Source: an uncultured Bacteroidota bacterium (GTDB lineage Bacteria > Bacteroidota > Bacteroidia > 2-12-FULL-35-15). Taken from it: DNA of 64,000 nt. Shown here one piece after another: positions 10,856-21,168 of the stretch (the stretch's first letter is position 1; the number at the start of each line of letters is the position of its first letter). The notes beneath the pieces are model-generated. The model was not told the DNA's origin. It ran no database searches and was given only the letters and a program-made list of their open reading frames with translations. The DNA lies in the NCBI GenBank assembly GCA_903847205.1, contig CAINDA010000004.1:210-64209 (forward strand), in the 5' to 3' direction. A program made the translations under genes and the position numbers.

Positions 10856-12577
10856 TTAATACTTATCATCAACCAATATAGATTCTTTATCAATATAAAA
10901 TAAATCAGTCGCAACTTTAAAATCAGCAGGTTTCATATCTCGTATAGTTATTGTCTGCCACTCGGTTGTTGGATAAATAAAACCATACTCATCTTTCTTC
11001 AATGTTACTTTCACAGGCATTGTAAAAAATGGCTGCTTCTCCTGGTACTCCTCTTCTTTAAATGCACTTAAACCACCCAGCGTGTAACGGAAAGTAACTT
11101 TTAAATCCCAGGGATTTGCTGCAATTCTTAAACTCAATTTTGGTATTGCCGAGCTTTTTAAATACAACTCGAAAATATCAGAGAAATCAATGCCGGATTT
11201 TTTACTTATATACTTTTCTATATCATACGAATCAACCGTTTTATACTTAAATGTATCCTGAATGCCCTTTATGATTTCAAAGAATTTTTGATCATCATTA
11301 ATTATGTTACGCAAAGTATGCAGTAATAATGCGCCTTTGGGGTACATATCGCCGGAACCTTCGTTGTTTAAATCGTATTTGCCGGTTATGGGCTCGTCAT
11401 TTTCTACCTTTTTTTTCTCGGAGTTAATATACTCCAGATAAGCATCATGTCCGTATAAACATTCTATATACAAAGCTTCGGCATAGGTTCCGAAGCCTTC
11501 GTGAATCCACATGTCGGCCAGATCATTGGTGGTAATACTGTTTCCCCACCATTCATGAGCTGATTCATGAATAATTATATAATCAAATTTATAGCCTGTT
11601 CCAGACATCTCGTATCCTAAATATCCATTTTTATATTTGTTGCCGTAAGCTACACAGCTTTGATGCTCCATGCCCAGATAGGGCGCTTCAACAAGTTTAT
11701 AGCCGTCGCGCACAAAAGGATATTCGCCGAGATATTTATAATAACAGCCGAGCATAGGCTTTACTTGTGCAAACTGTTTTACAGCCTTATCATAATTTTC
11801 CGGCAGCACATAGTAATTAAGGGTAAGCGTATCTTTATAGGAAGGATTAAAATATGCATCGCTGAAATGCTTGTATTTGGCTATATTCAGAGTTACATCA
11901 TAATTATTAATGGGATAAGAAACATACCATTCATATTTCGTCCAGCCATCGGGTAAAACGGTTGTCCGCTTTAAGCGCCCGTTTGAAACATCCATTAAGC
12001 CGGGAGGAACAGTAACACGGATAAGCATTTCTACTGGTTCATCGCTTTGATGATCTTTACAGGGCCACCATAAACTTGCTCCTGTTCCCTGGCAGGACAC
12101 ACCTATGAAAGGACTGCCGTCATCAGCCTTATCCCATGAAAAACCGCCGTCCCAAGGCGCATGTTTTGCCGGCTGCGGATTACCTGAATAATAAATTTTT
12201 AAAAAACGAACACTTTCTTTTTTTACTGTATCGGGGAACTCGACGAATACGGCATTAAACCGGCGGGTATATTTTAAATCCTGATTATTAGATTCTATTT
12301 TTTCAATTTTCATGTTTGCAAACAAATCTATCTGCAATTTTTGAAAATCATTTACTGCCAGAAATTTAATAGTGTTGCTGCCTGAAATAAATTTATTTTC
12401 AATATCAACTTTCACATCTAAATCATACATCAAAACATCGTAGCAGGAACGGAATTTAGAAAGTGCCCCTCTTAATGTATCAGCTGCAGTAAATTTTTTA
12501 CCCAATAAAAAATCGAGCTGGGCAAAGGTGTTCGGGACTATGAAAAGTAATAAGAGGGCTAAGCGGATTCGTTTCAT
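10856..12577 (-). CDS. M1 family metallopeptidase (aminopeptidase N-like), secreted
   Basis: 573 aa. Signal peptide LLLLFIVPNTFAQ, GMEHQS exopeptidase-like motif and zinc site HESAHEWWG...WIHEGFGTY (HExxH-x18-E). Confidence 0.85.
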   Translation of the reverse strand: MKRIRLALLLLFIVPNTFAQLDFLLGKKFTAADTLRGALSKFRSCYDVLMYDLDVKVDIENKFISGSNTIKFLAVNDFQKLQIDLFANMKIEKIESNNQDLKYTRRFNAVFVEFPDTVKKESVRFLKIYYSGNPQPAKHAPWDGGFSWDKADDGSPFIGVSCQGTGASLWWPCKDHQSDEPVEMLIRVTVPPGLMDVSNGRLKRTTVLPDGWTKYEWYVSYPINNYDVTLNIAKYKHFSDAYFNPSYKDTLTLNYYVLPENYDKAVKQFAQVKPMLGCYYKYLGEYPFVRDGYKLVEAPYLGMEHQSCVAYGNKYKNGYLGYEMSGTGYKFDYIIIHESAHEWWGNSITTNDLADMWIHEGFGTYAEALYIECLYGHDAYLEYINSEKKKVENDEPITGKYDLNNEGSGDMYPKGALLLHTLRNIINDDQKFFEIIKGIQDTFKYKTVDSYDIEKYISKKSGIDFSDIFELYLKSSAIPKLSLRIAANPWDLKVTFRYTLGGLSAFKEEEYQEKQPFFTMPVKVTLKKDEYGFIYPTTEWQTITIRDMKPADFKVATDLFYIDKESILVDDKY

Positions 12578-12648
12578 TTTTATTTAAAATTCATTTTATT
12601 ACACTTAAAAGTTTGTAATTGTAAGAAAAAATTGGAAGCAAAAAAATT

Positions 12649-12765
12649 ATCCTCGAGGATAAGAAGTTAATCCTCGAGGATGGGAAGCTAATCCTCAAGG
12701 ATGAGAAGTTAATCCTCAAGGATGAGAAGCTAATCCTCAAGGATGAGAAGTTAATCCTTGAGGAT
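12649..12765. repeat. tandem array: six 12-bp palindromes (ATCCTCGAGGAT / ATCCTCAAGGAT) at an exact 21-bp period
   Basis: Palindrome starts at 12649, 12670, 12691, 12712, 12733 and 12754. Spacers are aagaagtta/gggaagcta/gagaagtta/gagaagcta. Lies between the HK stop (12821) and the M1 peptidase start (12577). Confidence 0.9.
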
Positions 12766-12820
12766 AAATGAATTATTAAAGATGCTGCATACAAGAAATT
12801 GGCTTGCAAAATGGTTTAAA

Positions 12821-14065
12821 TTATATCCCTAAATCTTTTTTTGACGGGATATATAATTTAAAAGTAGTCCCTTTATCGAAAGCACTTTCAAATGAAATAC
12901 TTCCTCCTAATTTTGTTACGCTTGTTTTTACAATATACAAACCTAAGCCGGAACCTTTAGAAACAGAAGTAGCGCGGTAAAACATTTTAAAAAGGTCGTC
13001 ATGATGCTTTTCCTTAATACCGATACCGTTATCATTTATTAAAATAAATATTCCTTTGTCTTTATTAGAAACTTTAATGTTTATAAACGAAGGTTCTTCT
13101 CTTTTCTGGCTGTATTTAACAGCGTTATCAATTAAATTGAGCAAAACAGTATTAAGCAGCCCTTTTTCAGTAATTATTGATTTAACATTTTCATCAATGG
13201 AGATATTAAAATGAATATTTTTAAAGTTATCCATAAATTCAATACTTTTTAATATTGAATTTATCAACACATTAATATCCAAAGTTTCAAATTCCAGCGC
13301 ACCATAAGTTATCCGCCCCAAAACCAAAAGGTCATTAATTACGGTGTTTAAACTGTCAATGCATGTGTCAGCCATTTTAGCATACATTTTCACTTCTTCC
13401 ATGCTCTTGCTTTCCTTGAGCATAGTCATAACACTCTCCATTGAGGAAACGGGGCTTTTTAAATCATGAGATGCTTTGTAAACGAATAGGCTCAGTTCAT
13501 CACTTTTTTCCTGCAGCTGGTTTTTTGCATTGCTAAGAGTAGAAATATTTTTAGCAACCAATAAAATGCCGCTAGGTTTTCCCTGCGTATTGTATAAAGG
13601 GGAGAATGAACATGAAACAGAAATTAAATTTCCGTCTTTAGCAGCGAGATTCAAACCTATTTCATTTAATTTTTGCTGTTCAAAAGTGTCTCTGATACAG
13701 CCTTTCACAATATCAAAATCGCTGATTTGAATTAATTTATCAATAGATAAATTAAATAATTCGGATTCAGTATATAACAAAAGGCTTGCAGCAACGGGGT
13801 TTGTTTTTTGAATTTCGCCTTTCTCATTTAATACAATAAGCACGTCATTAATGCCATTATAAATGCTGTTCAGGAAAACCCGGGATATGGTCGTTTCTTT
13901 CAGTTCTTCAACCAGCATATTTATACCGGTTTGAACGGACGCTAATTGTTCATCCTTTTCGTCAGCAATAAGAAGTTTTGAATTATAGTCCCCATCGGCA
14001 ATTTTAATCAAAAAGTCCTGAATATACTGCAGCTGCCGGCGATTATTAGATATTTCCGTTTCCAT
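12821..14065 (-). CDS. cytoplasmic PAS-domain sensor histidine kinase
   Basis: 414 aa. PAS-like region (LNEKGEIQKTNPVAASLLLYTESEL), H-box ASHDLKSPVSSM, N-box LIDNAVKYS, G-boxes NDNGIGI and GSGLGLYIV. No TM helix seen. Confidence 0.85.
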   Translation of the reverse strand: METEISNNRRQLQYIQDFLIKIADGDYNSKLLIADEKDEQLASVQTGINMLVEELKETTISRVFLNSIYNGINDVLIVLNEKGEIQKTNPVAASLLLYTESELFNLSIDKLIQISDFDIVKGCIRDTFEQQKLNEIGLNLAAKDGNLISVSCSFSPLYNTQGKPSGILLVAKNISTLSNAKNQLQEKSDELSLFVYKASHDLKSPVSSMESVMTMLKESKSMEEVKMYAKMADTCIDSLNTVINDLLVLGRITYGALEFETLDINVLINSILKSIEFMDNFKNIHFNISIDENVKSIITEKGLLNTVLLNLIDNAVKYSQKREEPSFINIKVSNKDKGIFILINDNGIGIKEKHHDDLFKMFYRATSVSKGSGLGLYIVKTSVTKLGGSISFESAFDKGTTFKLYIPSKKDLGI

Positions 14066-14091
14066 TTATTAATTTGCTAATTGCGGATTAT

Positions 14092-15192
14092 TTAAACATT
14101 AAATCTAAAATGCATCATATCGCCGTCATTCACAACATATTCTTTTCCTTCAACTCCCATTTTACCGGCATCTTTGCAGGCCGCTTCTGAACCAAGGTTT
14201 ATAAAGTCGTTATATTTTATTACTTCAGCTCTTATAAAACCTTTTTCGAAATCAGTATGAATAACGCCAGCTGCCTGTGGTGCAGTCATGCCTTTGATGA
14301 TAGTCCAGGCCCGCACTTCTTTTACACCTGCAGTAAAATAAGTCTGTAGGTTCAATATCCTGTAAGCGGCCTTAATCAATTGGTTTACACCTGGTTCAGT
14401 AAGCCCCATATCAGCAAGGAACATCTGGCGTTCATCGTAAGTTTCTAGGCCTGCAATCTCTGCCTCCATTTGTGCTGTAATAATTAATACCTCTGCATTT
14501 TCATCTTTCACAGCCTCTTTCAAAGCTTCAACATATTTATTGCCTGTTTTCACAGAAGCTTCATCTACATTGCAGACATACAAAACTGGTTTAATAGTAA
14601 GTAAGCAGCAGTCTGCAACACAGGCCAAATCTATTTCAGAAAGAGCTGCCGATCGGGCTGATTTGCCCTGCTCCAGCAGATTTTTCAGGTTCAGAAGAAC
14701 GTCATAAGCTTTTTTAGCATCTTTGTCATTGCCTGTTTTAGCCTGCTTTTCAACACGTTTTAGTTTAGCCTCTACAGTTTCCATATCTTTCAGCTGAAGC
14801 TCGGTGTCAATTATTTCTTTATCCCTAACAGGATTGATTGAGCCGTCAACATGCACAACATTCGGATCATCAAAGCAGCGCACAACATGAATGATTGCAT
14901 TTGTTTCGCGGATATTTGCTAAAAATTTATTTCCCAAACCTTCGCCTTTGCTTGCGCCTTTCACAAGTCCTGCAATATCTACAATTTCAACAGTAGTGGG
15001 AAACACTCGCTCCGGTTTCACTAATTTTTCAAGTGTAGAAAGCCGTTCATCTGGAACGGTGATAACCCCCACATTTGGTTCAATAGTACAAAACGGGAAA
15101 TTTGCCGCCTGCGCTTTTGCATTTGATAAACAATTGAAAAGTGTTGATTTCCCTACATTAGGTAATCCTACAATACCGCACTGTAATGCCAT
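14092..15192 (-). CDS. ychF: ribosome-binding ATPase YchF
   Basis: 366 aa. MALQCGIVGLPNVGKSTLFNCLS...NFPFCTIEPNVG... and C-terminal TGS-like ...FIRAEVIKYNDF...GKEYVVNDGDMMHFRFNV. Confidence 0.95.
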   Translation of the reverse strand: MALQCGIVGLPNVGKSTLFNCLSNAKAQAANFPFCTIEPNVGVITVPDERLSTLEKLVKPERVFPTTVEIVDIAGLVKGASKGEGLGNKFLANIRETNAIIHVVRCFDDPNVVHVDGSINPVRDKEIIDTELQLKDMETVEAKLKRVEKQAKTGNDKDAKKAYDVLLNLKNLLEQGKSARSAALSEIDLACVADCCLLTIKPVLYVCNVDEASVKTGNKYVEALKEAVKDENAEVLIITAQMEAEIAGLETYDERQMFLADMGLTEPGVNQLIKAAYRILNLQTYFTAGVKEVRAWTIIKGMTAPQAAGVIHTDFEKGFIRAEVIKYNDFINLGSEAACKDAGKMGVEGKEYVVNDGDMMHFRFNV

Positions 15193-15544
15193 TTTTTTTA
15201 ATTATTGAATTGGTGAATCAGAGATTTACCAGTTTAAAGATTAGGAAAATTAATAATTCTCCATTTCTCTCCTGCGTCAATTCTCCATTAATTTTAGCTG
15301 GCAAAGATACCAAAATAAGCTGTTTAATAAATACCTGCTGGAAAATACTATTCCGGCTGATGAATTTGAGTTTTCAACAATAAATAAATATTTTCAACAA
15401 TGCTCGCTAAACCATAAAAATAGGTACTTTTGACCGCTATTAAATAGCTCCTGCAAATTACGAATTATGACGAATTACTTATGTTCGGAGCAGTACAAGA
15501 ATTTGTTTAATTTTCCAATTAATACATTATCAAATTAATTTAAA

Positions 15545-16390
15545 ATGGCTTCATCAGCGGAATTAGAAAAAATCTGTTCACAGGTTCGAAGAGATATTGT
15601 TAGAATGGTTCATGCAGTGAATTCTGGTCATCCGGGCGGTTCATTGGGCTGTACCGAATATCTTGTATCGCTGTATTTTGATATTATGAATCACGATCCT
15701 GAAAATTTCACAATGGATGGTATCGGCGAGGATTTATTTTTTCTTTCCAACGGACATATTTCTCCAGTTTTTTACAGCGTTTTGGCTCGTTCCGGATATT
15801 TTTCCGTGTCAGAACTTGCAACTTTCCGCAAGTTAAATTCCCGTTTGCAGGGCCATCCTACCACTCATGAAGGACTGCCCGGTGTTCGTGTTGCATCCGG
15901 CTCACTAGGCCAGGGGCTGTCTGTTGCCGTCGGCGCAGCATTAGCAAAAAAATTGAATAAAGATAACAGTATAGTTTACAGCCTTCATGGCGATGGTGAG
16001 CTGCAGGAAGGACAAATTTGGGAAGCTGCCATGTATGCTGCCGGGAAAAAAGTTGACAATATTATTTCGGCTATTGATATGAACGGGCAGCAGATTGACG
16101 GCTCAACGGACCATGTGCTGCCAATGGGCGATTTAAGAGCGAAGTGGGAAGCCTTTGGATGGGAAGTTCTTGCTGCTAACGGAAATAAAATATCAGAAGT
16201 AACCGAAATTCTTAATAAAGCAAAAACGCTTTCCTGTAAAGGAAAACCTGTAATGATTTTATTAAAAACAGAAATGGGCCATGGTGTTGACTTTATGATG
16301 GGCAGTCATAAATGGCATGGTGTTGCCCCGAACAATGAACAGCTTGCTGCAGCATTGAATCAGAACGAAGAATCTTTTGGTGATTATTAA
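15545..16390 (+). CDS. transketolase, N-terminal (TPP-binding) subunit of a split enzyme
   Basis: 281 aa. SGHPGGSLGCTEYLVSLYF, LSNGHISPVFYSVLA, GSLGQGLSVAVGAA, LHGDGELQEGQIWEA. Confidence 0.9.
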   Translation: MASSAELEKICSQVRRDIVRMVHAVNSGHPGGSLGCTEYLVSLYFDIMNHDPENFTMDGIGEDLFFLSNGHISPVFYSVLARSGYFSVSELATFRKLNSRLQGHPTTHEGLPGVRVASGSLGQGLSVAVGAALAKKLNKDNSIVYSLHGDGELQEGQIWEAAMYAAGKKVDNIISAIDMNGQQIDGSTDHVLPMGDLRAKWEAFGWEVLAANGNKISEVTEILNKAKTLSCKGKPVMILLKTEMGHGVDFMMGSHKWHGVAPNNEQLAAALNQNEESFGDY

Positions 16391-16441
16391 AATCCAAAAA
16401 AGCGAAAAAAAGAGGATAAAAAAGACAAGAAAATTTTTCTC

Positions 16442-17872
16442 ATGAATTACAAATTAAAGACAATTTTAAAACCTCGACAATCCAGCCTCTTCGTTCTTGT
16501 CTCTTTCTTTTTAGTTCTCAGCTGCTTCCCTTCAAGTGCTCAAAACAGATTCAGCACAAATGGGCAGCCGTTAACCCGGATATTATTTGTTTTCGACTGC
16601 TCCTACAGTATGTATGGACAATGGCAGAGCGGTATGAAAATGGATCTTGCAAAAAAATTATTGAGCGAATTTCTCGACAGCATTAAAGGCACCGATAATT
16701 TGGAGTTAGCTTTTCGTGCTTACGGGCACCAAGTCCCTCTTCGTCCGCAGCGAAGCTGCACCGACACAAAACTGGAAGTCCCTTTTGGTAAAGATAATAT
16801 TACGGCTATAAAAAATAAACTGAAAACACTGGTGCCTAAGGGAACGACTCCTATTGCTTATTCATTGGAACAATGCGGAGGCGATTTCCCCTCAGCTTCA
16901 AGTTCAAGTGTTAGAAATATTGTTATTTTAATTACCGACGGCATTGAAGAATGCGACGGTGATCCCTGTGCTGTTTCATTGGCGCTGCAGAAAAAAGGAA
17001 TTGTTTTAAAACCATTTGTGATAGGCATCGGCCTCGACCAAAGTTATATCAACTCATTCGGCTGTATTGGTAAATTCTATGATGCATCAAGCGAAACAAC
17101 TTTCAAAAATATTTTAAGCATTGTTATTTCACAGGCCTTAAACAACACTACAGTGCAGGTAAATCTGAATGATCAAATAGGCCGCCCTACTGAAACAGAT
17201 GTAAATATGACCTTTTACGATGATCAGACAGGAATTATCAGATATAATTTTATGCATACCATCAATAACAGAGGGATGCCGGATACCCTTACTATTGATC
17301 CTATCGGCACTTACAAAATGGTAGTGCATACCATACCGCCGGTTGAGAAAACAGGTATTGAAATAGTACCCGGGAAACACAATATTATAGCTGTTGACGC
17401 TCCCCAGGGATACCTTAATTTAAAGTTAGCCGGTAATGCAGATTATTCAAAAAGTCTGAGCTGCATTATTCGTAAGAATGAGGATATGCAGACACTCCAT
17501 GTGCAGCAGTTTAATACAACTGAAAAATTTTTAGTCGGCAAATACGATTTAGAGATACTAACTCTGCCAAGAATTAAAGTAAACAAGGTAGATGTAGCTC
17601 AAAGTAAAACCACCTTTATTGAAATCCCGCAGGCCGGCAATGTATTGATTGCAAAGCCAAGCGAAGGTCCAGGAAGTATTTATGTGGAAGAAAAAAACAA
17701 AATGGTATGGGTGTGTAATTTAAACAGCGGATTATTAAGCGAAACAGTAATTTTACAACCAGGAAGATACCGTGTTGAATACCGCCCAAAAAATGCGCGG
17801 GAGTCGCTTTACAGCATAGAAAAATTGTTTAAAATAGAATCAGGAATGTCAACAACCGTAAAGTTATATTAG
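16442..17872 (+). CDS. secreted von Willebrand factor A (vWA) domain protein
   Basis: 476 aa. Signal peptide, then MIDAS-like ILFVFDCSYSM ... GTTPIAYSL ... VILITDGIEECDGDPC. Beta-rich C-terminal half. Confidence 0.75.
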   Translation: MNYKLKTILKPRQSSLFVLVSFFLVLSCFPSSAQNRFSTNGQPLTRILFVFDCSYSMYGQWQSGMKMDLAKKLLSEFLDSIKGTDNLELAFRAYGHQVPLRPQRSCTDTKLEVPFGKDNITAIKNKLKTLVPKGTTPIAYSLEQCGGDFPSASSSSVRNIVILITDGIEECDGDPCAVSLALQKKGIVLKPFVIGIGLDQSYINSFGCIGKFYDASSETTFKNILSIVISQALNNTTVQVNLNDQIGRPTETDVNMTFYDDQTGIIRYNFMHTINNRGMPDTLTIDPIGTYKMVVHTIPPVEKTGIEIVPGKHNIIAVDAPQGYLNLKLAGNADYSKSLSCIIRKNEDMQTLHVQQFNTTEKFLVGKYDLEILTLPRIKVNKVDVAQSKTTFIEIPQAGNVLIAKPSEGPGSIYVEEKNKMVWVCNLNSGLLSETVILQPGRYRVEYRPKNARESLYSIEKLFKIESGMSTTVKLY

Positions 17873-17978
17873 AAAACTCCTGTAGATTGCCGATGGCAGA
17901 AATTATTTCTCTGATCACCATTACGATTAGTATACTCGTAATTCAGGGGAATTTGTAATCCGCAGAATATTTTAAAAG

Positions 17979-18386
17979 ATGGAAAAGAATAAAACTATTT
18001 GTGTTATTGACGATGAGGATATTATCCAATTTATTGTAAAAACAATAATTGAGAATATCAACAGCGATATAAAAATATTAGCATTTAAGAATGGAGAAGA
18101 GGGTATTGAATCATTAAAAGCACTCCTTGCCTCTAATAATGATATGCCGGATATTATTCTGCTTGATATTAATATGCCGGTAATGAACGGCTGGCAGTTT
18201 TTAGATGAATTTGTGAAAATAAAATCACAAATTGCAAAAAAAATATCTATATATATTTTAAGTTCATCAACTGCCCAGGAGGATAAAGGAAAGGCTTCTG
18301 CTTATAAAGATATTTCAGGCTATTTAAACAAGCCCATTCAAGCTGAAACTTTAAGAAAAATTGCACTGCAGGATTACGACAATTAA
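17979..18386 (+). CDS. stand-alone response regulator receiver (CheY-like)
   Basis: 135 aa. ICVIDDEDI..., phospho-acceptor context DIILLDINMPVMNGWQF, IYILSSS, K in LNKP. Confidence 0.85.
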   Translation: MEKNKTICVIDDEDIIQFIVKTIIENINSDIKILAFKNGEEGIESLKALLASNNDMPDIILLDINMPVMNGWQFLDEFVKIKSQIAKKISIYILSSSTAQEDKGKASAYKDISGYLNKPIQAETLRKIALQDYDN

Positions 18387-18418
18387 TTGTTCACCAAAAC
18401 AAAATCAAAATATTTAAA

Positions 18419-19372
18419 ATGAAAAAATACACGTTCGCGGAGAAAAAAGATACTCGTTCAGGTTTTGGTGCAGGCTTATCTGAATTAGGAAAAACAAATC
18501 CTAATGTTGTTGCACTTTGCGCTGATTTAACGGGCTCATTAAAAATGGATGCCTTCGCAAAAGATCATTCTGAGCGCTTTTTTCAAATTGGAATTGCTGA
18601 GGCAAATATGATTTGTATTGCTGCCGGATTAACTATCGGAGGAAAAATTCCGTTCACTGGCACGTTTGCTAATTTCTCAACAGGGCGTGTATATGACCAA
18701 ATACGCCAATCGGTGGCTTACTCCGGAAAGAATGTAAAAATATGCGCTTCACATGCCGGCTTAACACTTGGTGAAGACGGTGCTACACACCAGATATTAG
18801 AAGATTTAGGTTTAATGAAAATGCTGCCAGGCATGGTTGTTATCAACCCATGTGATTATAACCAGACTAAGGCTGCAACTATTGCTATTGCAGATTATAA
18901 AGGCCCTGTTTATCTACGTTTCGGCCGCCCGTCGGTACCTAACTTTACTCCAGTCGATCAAAAATTTGAAATAGGAAAAGCCGTAATGCTTAATGAGGGC
19001 ACTGATGTTACTATTTTTGCGACCGGGCATTTAGTTTGGAAAGCAATTGAGGCTGGCGAACAATTAGCTGCATTAGGTATTAACGCCGAAATAATAAATA
19101 TCCATACGATTAAACCTTTGGATAATAAAGCTGTCCTAACGTCGGTTAAGAAAACACGCTGTGTAGTTACGGCCGAAGAACACCAGATGAATGGCGGACT
19201 TGGAGACAGCATAGCACAATTACTTGCACGTGAACTCCCTGCCCCTCTTGAAATGGTGGCTGTTAAAGATAGCTTCGGCGAAAGCGGCACGCCGGATCAG
19301 TTGATAACAAAATATGGTTTAGATACTGTAAATATTGTAGATGCAGTAAAAAAAGTAATCGCCAGAAAATAA
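18419..19372 (+). CDS. transketolase, C-terminal (pyrimidine-binding) subunit of a split enzyme
   Basis: 317 aa. FFQIGIAEANMICIAAGL, SHAGLTLGEDGATHQILEDLGLM, VYLRFGR, EEHQMNGGLG. Confidence 0.9.
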   Translation: MKKYTFAEKKDTRSGFGAGLSELGKTNPNVVALCADLTGSLKMDAFAKDHSERFFQIGIAEANMICIAAGLTIGGKIPFTGTFANFSTGRVYDQIRQSVAYSGKNVKICASHAGLTLGEDGATHQILEDLGLMKMLPGMVVINPCDYNQTKAATIAIADYKGPVYLRFGRPSVPNFTPVDQKFEIGKAVMLNEGTDVTIFATGHLVWKAIEAGEQLAALGINAEIINIHTIKPLDNKAVLTSVKKTRCVVTAEEHQMNGGLGDSIAQLLARELPAPLEMVAVKDSFGESGTPDQLITKYGLDTVNIVDAVKKVIARK

Positions 19373-19493
19373 ATTTCTATCCGGTTCTTTATTATTAATT
19401 TGAAAATGTGCTGATAAAAAAAATGAAAACATTTTTTTACTGATCAGCGGATTCAAACTCTCCTTACTTCTTTAATGAATTGTCCAGGTTAAT

Positions 19494-20039
19494 ATGGAAT
19501 TAGAAGATAAAGAACTTTTAGAACGATTCCGAAATCAAGAAACGCGAAACTATGCGTTTAACCTGCTTGTCCGCCAATATCAAAAAAGACTTTATTGGCA
19601 TATCCGAAAAATACTCCTTGATCATGATGATACGGATGATGTGCTTCAAAATGTATTTATAAAAGTCTGGCGCAGTCTGGACGGCTTCAAAGAAGAATCC
19701 CAGCTTTATACTTGGCTCTACCGCATTGCCACCAATGAATCCATTACTTTTTTAAATCAAAAGAAAAAACGTGCCGGCATCCCTTTAGATGATGTATCCT
19801 CCTTTTTAGCCAATAACCTGGAAAGCGACAACTATTTTAAAGGAAATGAAATTCAGGCTATACTCCAAAAGGCAATACTTACACTGCCTGACAAGCAGCG
19901 CATCGTTTTTAACATGAAGTATTTCGACAATATCAAATACAACGAAATGAGCGTTATTCTTGAAACTTCGGTTGGAGCATTAAAGGCATCTTACCATCAT
20001 GCCGTAAAAAAAATTGAAGATTATTTATCGAAGCATTAA
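19494..20039 (+). CDS. ECF-type RNA polymerase sigma-70 factor
   Basis: 181 aa. Region 2 (DDTDDVLQNVFIKVWRSLDGFKEESQLYTWLYRIATNESI) and region 4 (LPDKQRIVFNMKYFDNIKYNEMSVILETSVGALKASYHHAVKKI). Confidence 0.85.
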   Translation: MELEDKELLERFRNQETRNYAFNLLVRQYQKRLYWHIRKILLDHDDTDDVLQNVFIKVWRSLDGFKEESQLYTWLYRIATNESITFLNQKKKRAGIPLDDVSSFLANNLESDNYFKGNEIQAILQKAILTLPDKQRIVFNMKYFDNIKYNEMSVILETSVGALKASYHHAVKKIEDYLSKH

Positions 20040-20072
20040 ACTTTTGCCTGAAAAAGTAATCAAAGAGGTGTA

Positions 20073-20657
20073 ATGACAAAAAAACATACCATAGAAAACG
20101 ATGATGATGACTTAAAAGGCATGGCGCCTCAGCTTTCAAAACTGAGCAGCAGCAACCCTTTTAAAGCAGATAACGACTATTTTGAAAATTTTGCCGATAA
20201 ATTACAGAACCGTATTGAAGATTTTGAAGAAATAAATGCCGAAGCACCTCTGTTAGCAGGCATTCCTAAATATAATCCTTTTGATGTGCCCGCTGATTAT
20301 TTTGATGAACTGCCTGCTCTTATTCAGAATCGATGCATCAGCAGCAAGCCGTCAGTATCAATAATTGAATGGCTTGTATTATTGATTAAGCCGCGTTTTG
20401 CTATTCCTGTTCTGGCGACAGTCCTTTGTGCCGTTGCCGGAATTAATTTCATGGATAAAAATGCAGAAATGACTAAGAGCGGGAGAACGGCAGAAATTTC
20501 AATTGAAGAACGATTAAACAGCATTGACGAGTCTGAACTTATTGATGAGCTGGCCGATGATCAGGCTGATTTGAAGCAAAATAATACAAATGAAAGTATC
20601 GAAAATTATTTGATAGATAATAATATTGACGAGTCTAATCTTAACAGCGAATTATAA
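20073..20657 (+). CDS. hypothetical single-pass membrane protein, positionally a candidate anti-sigma factor
   Basis: 194 aa, 34 nt downstream of the ECF sigma gene. One TM helix (FAIPVLATVLCAVAGINF) and an acidic C-terminus. Function inferred from position only. Confidence 0.4.
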   Translation: MTKKHTIENDDDDLKGMAPQLSKLSSSNPFKADNDYFENFADKLQNRIEDFEEINAEAPLLAGIPKYNPFDVPADYFDELPALIQNRCISSKPSVSIIEWLVLLIKPRFAIPVLATVLCAVAGINFMDKNAEMTKSGRTAEISIEERLNSIDESELIDELADDQADLKQNNTNESIENYLIDNNIDESNLNSEL

Positions 20658-20667
20658 AATTAAAACT

Positions 20668-21168
20668 ATGAAAATAAATACTACTATTTTAAAAAGTCTT
20701 TTTTTTATCCCCCTGCTCACATTATCAAACATTGTTTTTTCTCAGGCCCCAGGTAATAACCGGGCTCAAAGAATTGAAAAACAAAATGAGAAAAAAGAAA
20801 ATATTGAGCTTCAGAAAATTGCTTTTATCACAAAAAAGTTAAACCTTAATCCGGAGGAGGCACAAAAGTTCTGGCCTGTTTATAACCAATTTCAGGACAA
20901 GGTGCAGGAACTCCATGAAAATAGGAGAAAAGAGCTTATGGAAGCTAAAGGAAAAATTAATGAACTAAGCGATAAAGAAATAACCGAGCTTGTTGATAAT
21001 GAAATTATTTCCAGACAGAAAGAAGTAGATTTATTGAAAGAATATCTTGCTAAATTTAAAGCGATTCTGCCGATAAAAAAAATAGCCAAACTCTATGAAG
21101 CAGAAGAACAGTTTAAACGCTTTCTTCTTCGTTCATTAAATGACAAACAACATCCGGCAAGGGATTAA
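20668..21168 (+). CDS. periplasmic helical protein, Spy/CpxP-like pattern (third gene of the ECF module)
   Basis: The ORF track starts at 20626. The signal peptide starts at the internal ATG 20668 (MKINTTILKSLFFIPLLTLSNIVFSQ). Lys/Glu-rich helical repeats with LNLNPEEAQKFWPVYNQF. Confidence 0.5.
   Translation: MKINTTILKSLFFIPLLTLSNIVFSQAPGNNRAQRIEKQNEKKENIELQKIAFITKKLNLNPEEAQKFWPVYNQFQDKVQELHENRRKELMEAKGKINELSDKEITELVDNEIISRQKEVDLLKEYLAKFKAILPIKKIAKLYEAEEQFKRFLLRSLNDKQHPARD

Noticed and set aside
10591-10914. 107-aa ORF overlapping the HU gene start and the M1 peptidase gene end
   Set aside because: It overlaps two well-supported genes, has odd composition and no motif. Most likely a chance ORF in the intergenic and overlap region.
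12591-12809. 72-aa ORF (..SSRINFSSLRISFSSLRINF..) and possible CRISPR array
   Set aside because: The peptide is just the translation of the 21-bp tandem repeat. As a CRISPR it fails because the repeat is 12 bp, the spacers are 9 bp and nearly identical, and there are no cas genes.
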